Shown here piece by piece: positions 51,220 to 62,285 of a DNA stretch of 64,000 bases. The first letter of the stretch is position 1. Each line of letters starts with the position of its first letter. The position numbers and the translations under genes are program-made. The stretch comes from an uncultured Pelagibacteraceae bacterium (GTDB taxonomy: Bacteria; Pseudomonadota; Alphaproteobacteria; Pelagibacterales; Pelagibacteraceae), in assembly GCA_902582235.1 (NCBI GenBank), contig CACHQX010000001.1, positions 80,768 through 144,767 on the forward strand. Direction: 5' to 3'. Below the pieces are notes generated by a model. The model was not told the origin of the DNA. It was given only the letters and a program-made list of their open reading frames with translations, and made no database searches.

Positions 51220-52365
51220 ATGAAAAAAATTATTTTTAAAAACTTTTTACGGGAAACAACAATATTTTTTTTACTTTCTTGTAGTTCTGTCGCACTTATT
51301 GTTTGGGTAATTCAAGCTGTAAACTATTTAGGTTTCGTGACTGAGGACGGTCACGGTTTTAAAATTTATTTTCTATATACTTTATTATCTTTACCAAAAA
51401 TCATTAATGAAATTTTACCATTTATGTTTTTCCTGGCTATTTTTTTTACACTTGTAAAATATGAAGATCAAAATCAAACCCTTATATTTTGGTCTAATGG
51501 AATAAAAAAAAGCGAATTTTTAAATATAATTATCAAATACTCTTTAATTTTTTTAATTTTACAATCAATAATGAATGTCTTTTTAGTTCCATTTACCCAA
51601 GATAAGGCGAGATCTTTTATAAGGCAATCAAATGTTGATTTTTTACCTTCTCTTGTGAAACCAAAAAAATTTATGGATACAGTGGAAAAACTAACAATAT
51701 ATGTTGATAAAAAAAATGATTTGGGTCAATTTGAAAACATAGTTATTAAAGACACATATAATAATAATGACTCTAGGATTATATATGCAAAAACCGGATT
51801 TTTTTCTCAGCTAAATAATCAAAATTTTTTAATTTTAAATGAAGGAAAAATTTTAAATATCAATAAAGGTAAAACGACTGTTATAAACTTTAATAAAACA
51901 CAGCTTAATTTATCTGATTACAGTTCAAAAACTACTAAATATCCCAAACTGCAAGAAGTAAGTATCTTCATTTTAGCAAAATGTATATTTCAACCTAAGG
52001 ATCAAAGAACTCAAATAATGCTTGGTGATAATAATGAATTTGGGTTTCAATGTTCTCATGAAACAAAACAATTAAATAGTATTTCACAAGAAGTTTTCAG
52101 TAGAATATTTAAACCCCTATATATTCCACTTTTGGCAATCGTCTCTGCTTTACTTTTAATGAAATCAAAAAATTCAATTGGATATTCAAGATATAAAATA
52201 ACAATTTTTGTTACAGGGGTTATATTAATTGCTTTTTCAGAAATATTGACAAAATTTTTTTCTTATAATTTTAACAAAAGTCTTTTATTGATGATTATTC
52301 CAATTTTAATCTCAATGATATTTTACGTTTTATTTTACAAGCAATCTTTAACTTCTTCGAAATGA
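51220..52365 (+). CDS. lptF: LPS export permease LptF
   Basis: YjgP/Q topology; position upstream of lptG-lptD. Confidence 0.82.
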   Translation: MKKIIFKNFLRETTIFFLLSCSSVALIVWVIQAVNYLGFVTEDGHGFKIYFLYTLLSLPKIINEILPFMFFLAIFFTLVKYEDQNQTLIFWSNGIKKSEFLNIIIKYSLIFLILQSIMNVFLVPFTQDKARSFIRQSNVDFLPSLVKPKKFMDTVEKLTIYVDKKNDLGQFENIVIKDTYNNNDSRIIYAKTGFFSQLNNQNFLILNEGKILNINKGKTTVINFNKTQLNLSDYSSKTTKYPKLQEVSIFILAKCIFQPKDQRTQIMLGDNNEFGFQCSHETKQLNSISQEVFSRIFKPLYIPLLAIVSALLLMKSKNSIGYSRYKITIFVTGVILIAFSEILTKFFSYNFNKSLLLMIIPILISMIFYVLFYKQSLTSSK

Positions 52366-53444
52366 TATTAAAAGTTTATCAAAATTATATAAGCAAGCAA
52401 TTTTTATTAACATTTTTTAAAACTGTTTTCATTTTTTTTTCGTTGGCTTTCATATTAAATATTTTTGAAGAAATTAATTTTTTTAAAGATTTAGAGGTTA
52501 CAATCGGATTACCAATATTCTTGACCTTTTTGAATATTCCTTCAATCTTATTTGAAATCTTCCCATTTATATTTTTAATTTCAACTCAGTTTTTTTTCAT
52601 AAAACTAATTGAGCAAAATGAAAATATTTCATTTAAAAATTTTGGTTTAAGCAATTTAAAAATTATTAAATTATTAGCTATTTTAAGTTTTTTAGTAGGT
52701 GTAGTTATAGTTACAATTTTTTACAATTTATCATCTAATCTTAAACATTCTTATTTAAATATAAAAAATTCATATGCAAAGGATAATAAATATTTAGCTG
52801 TAATTACTGAAAATGGAATTTGGATTAAAGATGCGAAAGATGGAATAACAAGTATTATAAATGCAGAGAATTTAAAAGGAAACATTTTAAACAAAGTGGA
52901 CATAGTTCAGTTTGATGAAGATTTTAATTTTATACAAAATATATATTCTGATAAAATTGATATAGGTAATAAAATATGGAAATCAAAGGGAGTTTTATTA
53001 AATAATGAGCAAGTGTCAAATCAAAGAGTAAATGATTTTCAATTGAGTACTAATATAAACTTTCAAGATATCAATTCTTTATTCTCCAATTTGACCTCTC
53101 TTTCAATTTTTGAATTAAATGACTTAAAAAACAAATATGAAGATATAAATTACTCTTCTATCGAGATAGACTCTGCAATTCAAAAAATTTTTTCATTTCC
53201 GTTTTACTTAATGTTGATGACTATTCTTTCTTCTACAATTATGATGAATATTAAGCAAAATAGGACAAAAATATTCCACCTAATATTTGGGATACTTATT
53301 TCTGTCATAATTTATTATTTAAGCTTCTTCTTTGAGGAACTTGGAAAAAATGAACAAGTTCCAGTAATAGTATCCATTTGGATACCGCTTTTAATGATTA
53401 GTATAGTGTCAATAATTAATTTGGTCGGGATTAATGAAAAATAA
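52362..53444 (+). CDS. lptG: LPS export permease LptG
   Basis: YjgP/Q topology, GIWIKD, W.P C-terminal TM. Confidence 0.82.
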   Translation: MILKVYQNYISKQFLLTFFKTVFIFFSLAFILNIFEEINFFKDLEVTIGLPIFLTFLNIPSILFEIFPFIFLISTQFFFIKLIEQNENISFKNFGLSNLKIIKLLAILSFLVGVVIVTIFYNLSSNLKHSYLNIKNSYAKDNKYLAVITENGIWIKDAKDGITSIINAENLKGNILNKVDIVQFDEDFNFIQNIYSDKIDIGNKIWKSKGVLLNNEQVSNQRVNDFQLSTNINFQDINSLFSNLTSLSIFELNDLKNKYEDINYSSIEIDSAIQKIFSFPFYLMLMTILSSTIMMNIKQNRTKIFHLIFGILISVIIYYLSFFFEELGKNEQVPVIVSIWIPLLMISIVSIINLVGINEK

Positions 53445-55818
53445 TTTTATTACAAAATTTTCATTTTTTTTATTATTTTTTATCAATTCTTTAAGTGTTT
53501 ATTCAGAGGAATTAAAATTTGAGGCAACGTCAATTGAAATAATTGATAAAGATAAAATAGTTATTGCAAAAGATGGTGTCAAAATTTTTTCAGGTAATGA
53601 GATAGTTATTGATGCAGATCAAATGAGATATAATAAGGAAAACAAAATTCTTAATGCTAGTGGAAATATAGTCATTAACAACCAGATAGAAAATATTAGA
53701 ATTAATAGCGATAATATTTACTACGACAAAAATTTAGAGAAAATTGTTTCCTCTGGAAACGTTAGGTTAAATTTTGAGAATAATTATACTCTGAATACAA
53801 AAGAGATAATTTACTTAAAAAATTCTGAAGAAATTATAATTAATAATATATCTAGAATAAAAGATAATTTAGGAAATGAAATAGAGTTTGAAAAACTGAA
53901 TTACAGTGCAAAAGATAAATTGATAAAAGGTAAGAAGGTAAAATTGTTGGATCTTGAAAAGAATTTTTATAATTTTGACAGTGCAATTTTAGACTTTTCA
54001 AAAAATAAATTAATAGCTGATAATGTTAATATTGATTTCAACAAAAGTATTTTTGGAAACCCACTAAATGATCCTAGACTTAAAGGAAATTATTTTTTTA
54101 GTGATGGGAAAAAATCAATTATTAAAAAGGGTGTTTTTACAACGTGCAAAAAAAATGATGATTGCCCTCCTTGGCAAATTAAAGCTGGAGAAATTAGTCA
54201 CGATAAGGAAAAAAAGGTTATCAATTATAAAGATGCTTGGCTTGAAATATATGATACACCAGTAATTTACTTTCCTAAATTTTTTCATCCAGATCCGACT
54301 GTAAAAAGACAATCAGGTTTTTTGATGCCCCAAATTATAGACTCTTCAAGTTTAGGACTTTCATTTAAACTACCTTATTATAAAGTTTTAGGTGATAATA
54401 AAGACCTTACATTTGCTTCAAGAGTTTTTTCGGAAAATGAGGCACTATTTCAAAATGAATATAGGCAAGTAAATAAAAATTCAAAACACATTGTTGATTT
54501 TAGCTTAAAAGAAAAAAATTCAACATCCAAAACACATTTTTTCTCAAACTCTATAACTAAACTTAACATTAATACATTCGATATAAGTGAAATTGAATTA
54601 AATTTAGAGGCAACTTCCGATAATAATTATTTAAAAACCCATGACATAGAATCTTCAATTAATAATAATCAATCTTTGTTAAGATCTTTTTTAATTTTTA
54701 GAGGGAATAGCAGAGATATGAACCTAGAGACAAAAATTGAATCTTATGAGGATTTAACAAAAGACAGATCAAGTGATTCTTATGAATATATTTTTCCGAG
54801 CTATGAGTTTTCAAAAAGATTTCCCTCCAATTATAATGGTACTTATGAAATAATTTCAAAAGGTAATTATAAAAATTATGATACTAATATTTTTGAAAAA
54901 GTTTTAATAAATGATTTGAAATTTTCATCAAATCCAAAAATTACACCTTCGGGATTCATAAATAAATTTAACCTGCTTTTAAAAAATGTAACTTCAGAAG
55001 GTGATAATTCATCAAATTATAAAAACGATTTTAGTTCTGAAAATTACGGTTCTCTACTTTATGATATATCCCTTCCATTGAAGAAAGAGGGGAAATTTTT
55101 CGATAATTTTTTTACTGCAAAAGGATCTTTGATGTATAGTCCCAATGCCAATAAAGACTTAAAAAACTTAGACAGAAAAATTGATATAAATAATATATTT
55201 ACCCAAAATAGGTTAAGTTTAAATGATACTGTTGAGGGAGGTCAATCTTTAACTTTTGGTGGAGAATATAGTTTAAAAGATAAAGAGTCAGGAAATGATT
55301 TTATAAAAGGAGGTTTAGCAACAGTTTTAAGAGATAATGAAGAAATAAATCTACCAAGTAAATCAACATTAAATAACAAAGGATCTGATTTTATTGGTTC
55401 TTTAATATTTGAGCCTAACAAAAATCTTAAATTCGATTATAACTTTTCTATGGATAGTGATTTCCAGTCTTCAAATTATAACTTACTTAAAACGGACATT
55501 TCAGTTAATAAATTTGTAACATCTTTTGAATTTCTTCAAGAGGATGATGAAGTCGGAAGTGAAAGTTACTTATCTAATGAAACAGCTTATAATTTTAATG
55601 ATGCAAATTCACTTAAGTATAGAACTAGAAGAAATAAAAAAACAGATTTTACTGAATTTTATAATTTAATATATGAGTATAAGAATGACTGTTTGACTGC
55701 CTCAATACAATATAACAAAGATTATTATTCAGATAATGAATTGAAACCAACCGAAGAAATATTTTTCTCAATCTCTATAGTTCCTTTAGCAACAGTAAAT
55801 ACTCCAAGCGCCAGATAG
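53434..55818 (+). CDS. lptD: LPS-assembly protein LptD
   Basis: FTTC...CPPWQIKA, PVIYFP, RQSGFL.P, Y.NDC. Confidence 0.9.
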   Translation: MKNNFITKFSFFLLFFINSLSVYSEELKFEATSIEIIDKDKIVIAKDGVKIFSGNEIVIDADQMRYNKENKILNASGNIVINNQIENIRINSDNIYYDKNLEKIVSSGNVRLNFENNYTLNTKEIIYLKNSEEIIINNISRIKDNLGNEIEFEKLNYSAKDKLIKGKKVKLLDLEKNFYNFDSAILDFSKNKLIADNVNIDFNKSIFGNPLNDPRLKGNYFFSDGKKSIIKKGVFTTCKKNDDCPPWQIKAGEISHDKEKKVINYKDAWLEIYDTPVIYFPKFFHPDPTVKRQSGFLMPQIIDSSSLGLSFKLPYYKVLGDNKDLTFASRVFSENEALFQNEYRQVNKNSKHIVDFSLKEKNSTSKTHFFSNSITKLNINTFDISEIELNLEATSDNNYLKTHDIESSINNNQSLLRSFLIFRGNSRDMNLETKIESYEDLTKDRSSDSYEYIFPSYEFSKRFPSNYNGTYEIISKGNYKNYDTNIFEKVLINDLKFSSNPKITPSGFINKFNLLLKNVTSEGDNSSNYKNDFSSENYGSLLYDISLPLKKEGKFFDNFFTAKGSLMYSPNANKDLKNLDRKIDINNIFTQNRLSLNDTVEGGQSLTFGGEYSLKDKESGNDFIKGGLATVLRDNEEINLPSKSTLNNKGSDFIGSLIFEPNKNLKFDYNFSMDSDFQSSNYNLLKTDISVNKFVTSFEFLQEDDEVGSESYLSNETAYNFNDANSLKYRTRRNKKTDFTEFYNLIYEYKNDCLTASIQYNKDYYSDNELKPTEEIFFSISIVPLATVNTPSAR

Positions 55819-55820
55819 AA

Positions 55821-56750
55821 ATGAGACAACTTATATTAAAAATTTATATTATCTTGATTCTAAATATGGTTGCGCTGAAGAGTGCTCAATCTGAGATTTT
55901 TATAGTGGCTAAAGTAAATGAGGAGGTAATAACTAACTTAGATGTTGATTTCGAAAAAAGATATTTAATATCCTTAAATCCCAACCTTAAAAAATTAGAT
56001 AAGAACCGTATATCAGAATACGCAAAAGACTCTCTCATAAATGAAAGAATTAAAAAAATTGAAATAGAAAAAAGATTTAAAATTGTTTCTAATAAGACAA
56101 TACTTTCCAAAGTAATTGAAGATATATATTCTAGCATTGGTATTTCTAGTTTAAGTGAGTTTGAAAGTTATCTGTTACAAAATAATGTAGATATCGAAAG
56201 GGTGAAAGAAAAAATTTCAATAGAGATCGCGTGGAATAATTTAATTGTAAACATTTATGAAAATGAAATAGAAATTGATCAAAATGCAATGAATAAAGAG
56301 ATTGAAAAATTTGATGAAAAAAAAGTAGATAATCTTTTGCTTTCAGAAATAGTTTTTACGATTAATGAAAAAAAAGAACTTAAATCTAAATATGAAGAAA
56401 TTGAAAAAAGTATAAACGAAATAGGATTTGGAGAAACAGCAAGAATTTACAGTTTATCTGATAGTAAAAAAAGTGGAGGAAGCTTAGGTTGGATTTACAA
56501 AAACCAGCTTTCTGAAGAAATAAAAGATAAGCTCAATGATTTAAATATAGGAGATTTCACTAAACCAATTGTTGCTAGTGGAGGTTTTTTGATACTAAAA
56601 TTAGAAGATATTAAAAGTGAAAATATTAAAATCGATAGAGATACTCAATTAAAAAAGATGATAGAGTTTGAAAAAGAGAGGCAGTTCACGAGATTTTCTA
56701 CTTTATATTATAAAAGAATTTTTAATAATGCCGAAATAAATGAAAAATAA
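55821..56750 (+). CDS. surA: SurA-like periplasmic chaperone/PPIase
   Basis: VAKVNEEVIT..D, A..YS.S.S...GGSLGW. Confidence 0.82.
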   Translation: MRQLILKIYIILILNMVALKSAQSEIFIVAKVNEEVITNLDVDFEKRYLISLNPNLKKLDKNRISEYAKDSLINERIKKIEIEKRFKIVSNKTILSKVIEDIYSSIGISSLSEFESYLLQNNVDIERVKEKISIEIAWNNLIVNIYENEIEIDQNAMNKEIEKFDEKKVDNLLLSEIVFTINEKKELKSKYEEIEKSINEIGFGETARIYSLSDSKKSGGSLGWIYKNQLSEEIKDKLNDLNIGDFTKPIVASGGFLILKLEDIKSENIKIDRDTQLKKMIEFEKERQFTRFSTLYYKRIFNNAEINEK

Positions 56751-57705
56751 ATCTGTAATAATTGTATGCGGTGATCCAAAAAGTACTTTTAATGAGATAC
56801 TAATCAAAACTCTTAAAAATAGAATTTTTAAAAATGTAAAATTTCCAATTATAATAATTGGTTCAAAAAAAGTATTTAAAAAAGATCTTAAGAAACTAAA
56901 GGTAAAAGTAAATCTTCAAAATTTTGATAATCCAGAAAATTTAAGTAAAAAAAATATTTATAATATTGATATTCCAATCGACTTAAAAAATTTTTCTTTG
57001 GCAAAAAAAAATTCATATATTGAAAAATCTTTTAAAATTGCTTTAAATTTGCTTAAAAAAGGTGACTCATTAGCTTTGATTAATGGTCCTATTTCCAAAA
57101 CTACTTTTCTTAAAGGAAAATATAATGGCATTACAGAATTTTTGGCTTTTAAAACTAGATCACATAATGAAGCTATGTTTCTTTTTAATAAAGATCTTAG
57201 TGTGAGTCCAATGACTACACATATTCCAATAAATAAGGTTGCTCAAAAAATAAAAAAAAAAATGATTATTAGTAAGATAAATAGTATTAACAATTTTTAT
57301 AAAAAATTTTTAGGTTTTAAACCAAGGATAGCTGTTACAGGTCTTAACCCCCATTGTGAAACATTTAAAGGTAAAAATATTGAAAAAACAGAGATTTTGC
57401 CAGCTATTAAAATTTTAAAAAAAAAGAAATTAAGAATCTTAGGTCCCCTTTCTGCAGATACAGTTTTTTTAAAAGAAAATAGAAAAAAATTTAATATTAT
57501 TGTTGGAATGTATCATGATCAAGTGCTTGGACCAATGAAAACAATTTTTGGTTTCAATGCTATTAATATCACAATCGGTTTACCTTTTATAAGAATTACA
57601 CCAGATCATGGGCCAAATTATAAAATGTTTGGATTAAATAAATCAAATCCAAAAAGTCTGATACAGGCTTTCAGTTTCTTGAATAAATATGCGATTAAAG
57701 CCTAA
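56740..57705 (+). CDS. pdxA: 4-hydroxythreonine-4-phosphate dehydrogenase
   Basis: GDP, TTHIP, GLNPH, ADT.F, MYHDQ, PDHG. Confidence 0.92.
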   Translation: MKNKSVIIVCGDPKSTFNEILIKTLKNRIFKNVKFPIIIIGSKKVFKKDLKKLKVKVNLQNFDNPENLSKKNIYNIDIPIDLKNFSLAKKNSYIEKSFKIALNLLKKGDSLALINGPISKTTFLKGKYNGITEFLAFKTRSHNEAMFLFNKDLSVSPMTTHIPINKVAQKIKKKMIISKINSINNFYKKFLGFKPRIAVTGLNPHCETFKGKNIEKTEILPAIKILKKKKLRILGPLSADTVFLKENRKKFNIIVGMYHDQVLGPMKTIFGFNAINITIGLPFIRITPDHGPNYKMFGLNKSNPKSLIQAFSFLNKYAIKA

Positions 57706-58474
57706 AAAAAGTTTAGGGCAGAATTTTTTACACGATAAAAATATAATTGAAAAAATTATTAATGCATCAAATATTGGTTCTAATGACGAGATACTTGAAG
57801 TTGGACCCGGAACAGGTAATTTAACAGAATTAATAATTTCTCAAAATCCAAAAAAAATTGATGTAATAGAAAAAGACAAAAATCTTGCAAGTATTCTTGA
57901 GGAAAAATTCTTAAATAAAATTAATATTATTACTGAGGACATTTTAAGATTACCAGTTGAATTTTACTCAAGAAAAAAGTTTCTAATTTTGGGAAATCTT
58001 CCTTACAATATTTCAACTAAAATTTTATCAACTTGGTGTCTTAATAATAAGCTCAGTGTATCGAAAATGATATTGATGTTTCAAAAGGAAGTTGCTGAAA
58101 GAATTATAGCTGATGTAAATTCTAAAAATTACAGCAGAATCACAATTTTATCCAAATGGAAATTTAATATTAGAAAAGTAACTGACGTTAAGCCAAATAG
58201 TTTTTTTCCAAAGCCAAAGGTTCATAGCACAGTTTTAGAATTCACTCCAAAAAAGAAAATACATAAGATAGAAGACCCAAAAAATTTGGAAAAGATAACT
58301 AAGGTTTTTTTTAGCCAAAGAAGAAAAATGATAAAAAAACCTATCAATATTTTATTTAAAAACTTAAAATTTGATTATAAAAAATTTAATATTGATCCTT
58401 CAGATAGACCACAAAATCTCAATGTTGATAAATATTTAAAGATTGTAAATGAATATGAAAATTTAAGAGGTTAA
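57689..58474 (+). CDS. rsmA: 16S rRNA dimethyltransferase KsgA
   Basis: [36 protein letters not shown]. Confidence 0.96.
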   Translation: MRLKPKKSLGQNFLHDKNIIEKIINASNIGSNDEILEVGPGTGNLTELIISQNPKKIDVIEKDKNLASILEEKFLNKINIITEDILRLPVEFYSRKKFLILGNLPYNISTKILSTWCLNNKLSVSKMILMFQKEVAERIIADVNSKNYSRITILSKWKFNIRKVTDVKPNSFFPKPKVHSTVLEFTPKKKIHKIEDPKNLEKITKVFFSQRRKMIKKPINILFKNLKFDYKKFNIDPSDRPQNLNVDKYLKIVNEYENLRG

Positions 58475-59095
58475 TTTTTTAATATGTTTTCTAATTGAGT
58501 CTATCTTATAATCGCTTTTTTTGTTACTTATTTCACAATCTATATACTCTGATATCTGTCTATAACAAATTTCAAGATCATTATTTATTATCACATAGTT
58601 ATAGTCCTTCCAGTGCAAAACATCTCTGTCAAACTGTTTCATTCTTTCCTCTGCTATAAGTTTATCTTTCATGTCTCTATTCGAAAGTCTCTTGAAAAGC
58701 TCTTCCCTGCTTGGTGGTAAAATAAAAAAAGTCAATAATTTATTTTTTAATTTTTTAGATATGATTTGATTAGTTCCTTGCCAGTCAATGTCAAAGATAA
58801 CATTATTTCCTTTACTCAGTTCATTAAATATATTTAATTTTGTTGTCCCATAAAAGTTCTTAAAAACTTTTGCATATTCTAAAAATTCATTATTTTTAAT
58901 CATCTCTTCAAACTTTTCATTATTCACGAAATAATAGTCTTTTCCATCCACCTCGTTGGATCTTGGTGTTCTTGTTGTATGTGATATTGATGTAACGAAG
59001 CCTTTTCTTTCTGACAAAAGTTTAACTAAGGTTGTTTTCCCTGCTCCTGACGGAGATGAAAGAATTACCATTATCCCTTCACTCATTGGGGACAT
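58463..59095 (-). CDS. gmk: Guanylate kinase
   Basis: [28 protein letters not shown]. Confidence 0.96.
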   Translation of the reverse strand: MSPMSEGIMVILSSPSGAGKTTLVKLLSERKGFVTSISHTTRTPRSNEVDGKDYYFVNNEKFEEMIKNNEFLEYAKVFKNFYGTTKLNIFNELSKGNNVIFDIDWQGTNQIISKKLKNKLLTFFILPPSREELFKRLSNRDMKDKLIAEERMKQFDRDVLHWKDYNYVIINNDLEICYRQISEYIDCEISNKKSDYKIDSIRKHIKKLTS

Positions 59096-59101
59096 TAAGA
59101 A

Positions 59102-59341
59102 TTAATTGCTTTTGTTTTCAATAAATTTAATTGCATCACCTACTGTAAGAATTTTTTCAGCTTCACTATCTGAAATTTCTGATCCAAATTCCTCCTCAAA
59201 AGCCATAACTAATTCAACAGTATCTAAGCTATCTGCACCCAAATCATCAATGAAACTAGCTTCGTCAGTAACTTTCGCTTCATCTATGCCAAGGTGATCT
59301 GCAACAATTTTTTTTACTTTACTTGATATATCTTCTGCCAT
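59102..59341 (-). CDS. acpP: Acyl carrier protein
   Basis: [20 protein letters not shown]. Confidence 0.98.
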   Translation of the reverse strand: MAEDISSKVKKIVADHLGIDEAKVTDEASFIDDLGADSLDTVELVMAFEEEFGSEISDSEAEKILTVGDAIKFIENKSN

Positions 59342-59389
59342 TTTGATCCTTTGTTTGATTTTTTCTTAATAAATAAAAAAGAACTTTTG

Positions 59390-60127
59390 TCAACCCAAAT
59401 ACATGCCTCCATTAACATGAATCGTTTCTCCAGTGATATAATTTGACATTTCTGATGATAAAAAAGCAGCAACATTAGCTACATCTGATGGTTCTCCCAA
59501 TCTATTTGATGGTATTTTTGCAAGTATCAATTCCTTAAATTTTGGGTCAATTTTTTCAGTCATGTTTGTTTTGATAAATCCAGGTGATATACAATTTATA
59601 TTAATATTTTTTTTAGCATATTCTAGTGCCAAACTTTTGCTCATACCAATGATACCAGATTTGGAAGCGGCGTAATTTGCTTGACCTACATTTCCAGTAT
59701 GACCAACAACAGAAGTAATGTTGATTATTTTACCAGATTTATTTTTGATCATCTTTTTTAAAAAAAACTTACATAATAAAAAAGTGGAGGTAAGATTAAT
59801 ATCTATTACTTGTTGCCATTCAGCTTGTGACATTCTTAAGGATAAATTATCTTTCGTTACACCTGCATTGTTAATTAGTATATCTGGACAACCCTTTAGT
59901 TCATTGCAAACAGTTTCAACAAATTTTTCGATTTCATCGTGTTTTGATATATCGAATTTTTTTAATATCATTCCATTAAAATCACTCTTAAGTTTGCTTA
60001 ATTTTTCTTCATTTGTGCCTGAGCCCAAAACGGTTGCACCTGCCGAATGAAACTTTTCTAAAATTGAGTATCCTATACCACCTGTTGCACCAGTGATGAC
60101 TGCTTTTTTATTTTTTAAACTAATCAT
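59390..60127 (-). CDS. fabG: 3-oxoacyl-ACP reductase
   Basis: TGATGGIG, NNAGVT.D, NYAASK, PGFI.T. Confidence 0.95.
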   Translation of the reverse strand: MISLKNKKAVITGATGGIGYSILEKFHSAGATVLGSGTNEEKLSKLKSDFNGMILKKFDISKHDEIEKFVETVCNELKGCPDILINNAGVTKDNLSLRMSQAEWQQVIDINLTSTFLLCKFFLKKMIKNKSGKIINITSVVGHTGNVGQANYAASKSGIIGMSKSLALEYAKKNININCISPGFIKTNMTEKIDPKFKELILAKIPSNRLGEPSDVANVAAFLSSEMSNYITGETIHVNGGMYLG

Positions 60128-61049
60128 TTATTAATAACTTAATATCTTCTTCACTATTTATTGAATTAACATTTACATTTTTATTAATTCTTTTTATTAA
60201 ACCAGATAGCACTTTTCCTGGGCCAATTTCTACAAAATTTTTAACTCCATTATTTATCATATATTCGACGCTCTCTAACCAGCGAACCTTTTTTTCAATT
60301 TGTGATATTAATAGTGATTTTATTTCTTTTGATGAACTAGTCTCATTGGCTGTTACATTTGATATTATTGGCTTTTCTAACTCACTCATATTTAGATCAT
60401 TAATATAATTAGTCATTTTTTCAGATGCTGCTTTCATATATTTGCAATGAAAAGGAGCACTTACACTTAATTTTAAGTTTTTAACTTTTTTATTAGTCAA
60501 ATCATCTGACAATAAATTAATGTCTTTTTTAAGACCACTAACAACCACTTGAAGATTGGAATTGTCGTTTGCAATAAAACATTCATACTTTTTGTTGTTC
60601 ATTTCTAAAATTTTATCTAATTCTTTTGAAGCCATTCCCAAAACAACCAACATCGCTCCTTCCCCACTCGGGACGGCTTCTTGCATGAACTTACCTCTTT
60701 TCTGTAGGATTTTGAGAGTGTCTTCAAAATTTATAGAACCTACACAAGCTAAAGCAGAGTATTCACCAAGAGAGTGACCTGCAAAATATTTAAATTTTTT
60801 AAAATCATATCCAAACTCTTTTTTTATAGTTTCAAAAATACAATAACTAGCTAGAAATATTGCCGGTTGAGTATTCTCGGTCAAGTTTAATTTGTTTTCT
60901 GGACCCTCAAATATTATTTTTGTAATTGGAACATTCAATATCGCATCTGCATCTTTAAATAATCTTTTTACAAGATCATATTTTTCATAAAATTCCTTTA
61001 CCATTCCAATTTTTTGTGATCCTTGCCCTGGAAAAACTATAGAAAACAT
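60120..61049 (-). CDS. fabD: Malonyl-CoA:ACP transacylase
   Basis: FPGQGSQ, TQPA, GHSLGEY, APFH, EIGPG. Confidence 0.96.
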   Translation of the reverse strand: MFSIVFPGQGSQKIGMVKEFYEKYDLVKRLFKDADAILNVPITKIIFEGPENKLNLTENTQPAIFLASYCIFETIKKEFGYDFKKFKYFAGHSLGEYSALACVGSINFEDTLKILQKRGKFMQEAVPSGEGAMLVVLGMASKELDKILEMNNKKYECFIANDNSNLQVVVSGLKKDINLLSDDLTNKKVKNLKLSVSAPFHCKYMKAASEKMTNYINDLNMSELEKPIISNVTANETSSSKEIKSLLISQIEKKVRWLESVEYMINNGVKNFVEIGPGKVLSGLIKRINKNVNVNSINSEEDIKLLIND

Positions 61050-61126
61050 CTTTTTTAACTCTTTTTTTTTGTCTTGTAATAAAAGTATTATAATAGTATA
61101 TCAACTTTTTTTATATATAATTAGTA

Positions 61127-61492
61127 ATGAATTTATACGAACATACAATCATAGCTAGGCAGGACATTAGTCCTTCGCAGATTAAAAATTTAAAAGAAAA
61201 ATATTCCAAGTTAATTGAGGAAAATAAAGGTAATTTAGTTCAAACTCAAGAATGGGGTTTGTTAAACCTATCTTATTTAATAAATAAAAATAAAAAGGGT
61301 AATTATATTCATTTTAAAATTAAAGGTAATGGTGATCTAATTAAAGAGTTAGAGAAGAATGAGAGAATTGATAAAAATCTTTTACGTTTTATAACAATTA
61401 AAGTTAAAAAGTTTGATTTAAAAGAAAATTATTTTGGAAAAGAGGAAGTTGACGAAATTAAAAAAGGTAAAAAAAAGATAGATGAAAAGTAG
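61127..61492 (+). CDS. rpsF: 30S ribosomal protein S6
   Basis: [13 protein letters not shown]...L.Y.I, LLRF. Confidence 0.93.
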   Translation: MNLYEHTIIARQDISPSQIKNLKEKYSKLIEENKGNLVQTQEWGLLNLSYLINKNKKGNYIHFKIKGNGDLIKELEKNERIDKNLLRFITIKVKKFDLKENYFGKEEVDEIKKGKKKIDEK

Positions 61493-61755
61493 AAAAAATA
61501 ACTCAAAAAAGGGAAAAAGTAGCAGTTTTTCAAAACTAAGTATTTTTCAACCAAACAAGTATAAATTCAAAAAAAGTTGCCCCTTGTCAGTTAAAGGTGC
61601 TCCAAAGATAGACTACAAAAATATAAAATTATTAAAAAGATACATATCAGAAAATGGAAAGATTCTTCCTTCAAGAATAACCAACGTTTCCCAAAAAAAA
61701 GCAAAGGGAATTATCCTTATCAATTAAACGAGCTAGAAATTTAGCGTTAATTTAA
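61482..61755 (+). CDS. rpsR: 30S ribosomal protein S18, with an apparent +1 nt frameshift in an A8 run (61693-61700)
   Basis: IDYKN...L.RYISE.GKILP.RIT; removing one A restores [19 protein letters not shown] ending at 61755. Confidence 0.9.
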
Positions 61756-61758
61756 ATT

Positions 61759-62217
61759 ATGAAAGTAATATTATTAGAAAATTTAGCCAAAATAGGTTCA
61801 ATTGGTGAAATAATTGATGTTAAAAGAGGTTTTGCAAGGAACTATTTAATTTCAAATAAAAAAGCTCTTTACGCTTCAAAGGAAAATATTAAAGAAGTAG
61901 AAAAAATTAAGACTGAACTTAACAAGAAAGATCAGGACAAGAAAAAAGAGGCAAAACTAATATATGAAAGTTTAAAGAACAAAGTGTATGAAGTAAAAAA
62001 ATTAAGCACAGAAAATAAAGACCTTTATGGATCAATTAAACCTACTGAAATATCTAAAATTATAAATTTATCTGATAAAATTGAGGTTAAACCCTCACTT
62101 ATACAACCTTTAAATGAAATTAAATCTTTGGGTGTCTTTAAAGTAAAAATAAATCTTCACTCTGAAGTACAAGCTGAAATAAAGATTAAAGTTATTTCTA
62201 AGGATAACATTAATTAA
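61759..62217 (+). CDS. rplI: 50S ribosomal protein L9
   Basis: MKVILLE, VKRGFARNYL, LYGSI, IKSLG. Confidence 0.96.
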   Translation: MKVILLENLAKIGSIGEIIDVKRGFARNYLISNKKALYASKENIKEVEKIKTELNKKDQDKKKEAKLIYESLKNKVYEVKKLSTENKDLYGSIKPTEISKIINLSDKIEVKPSLIQPLNEIKSLGVFKVKINLHSEVQAEIKIKVISKDNIN

Positions 62218-62285
62218 TTTATACATTTTTTTCCCCATACTATAATTGTACTGTTTTTTAGGTATTTAAATTGTAATATTCACAC

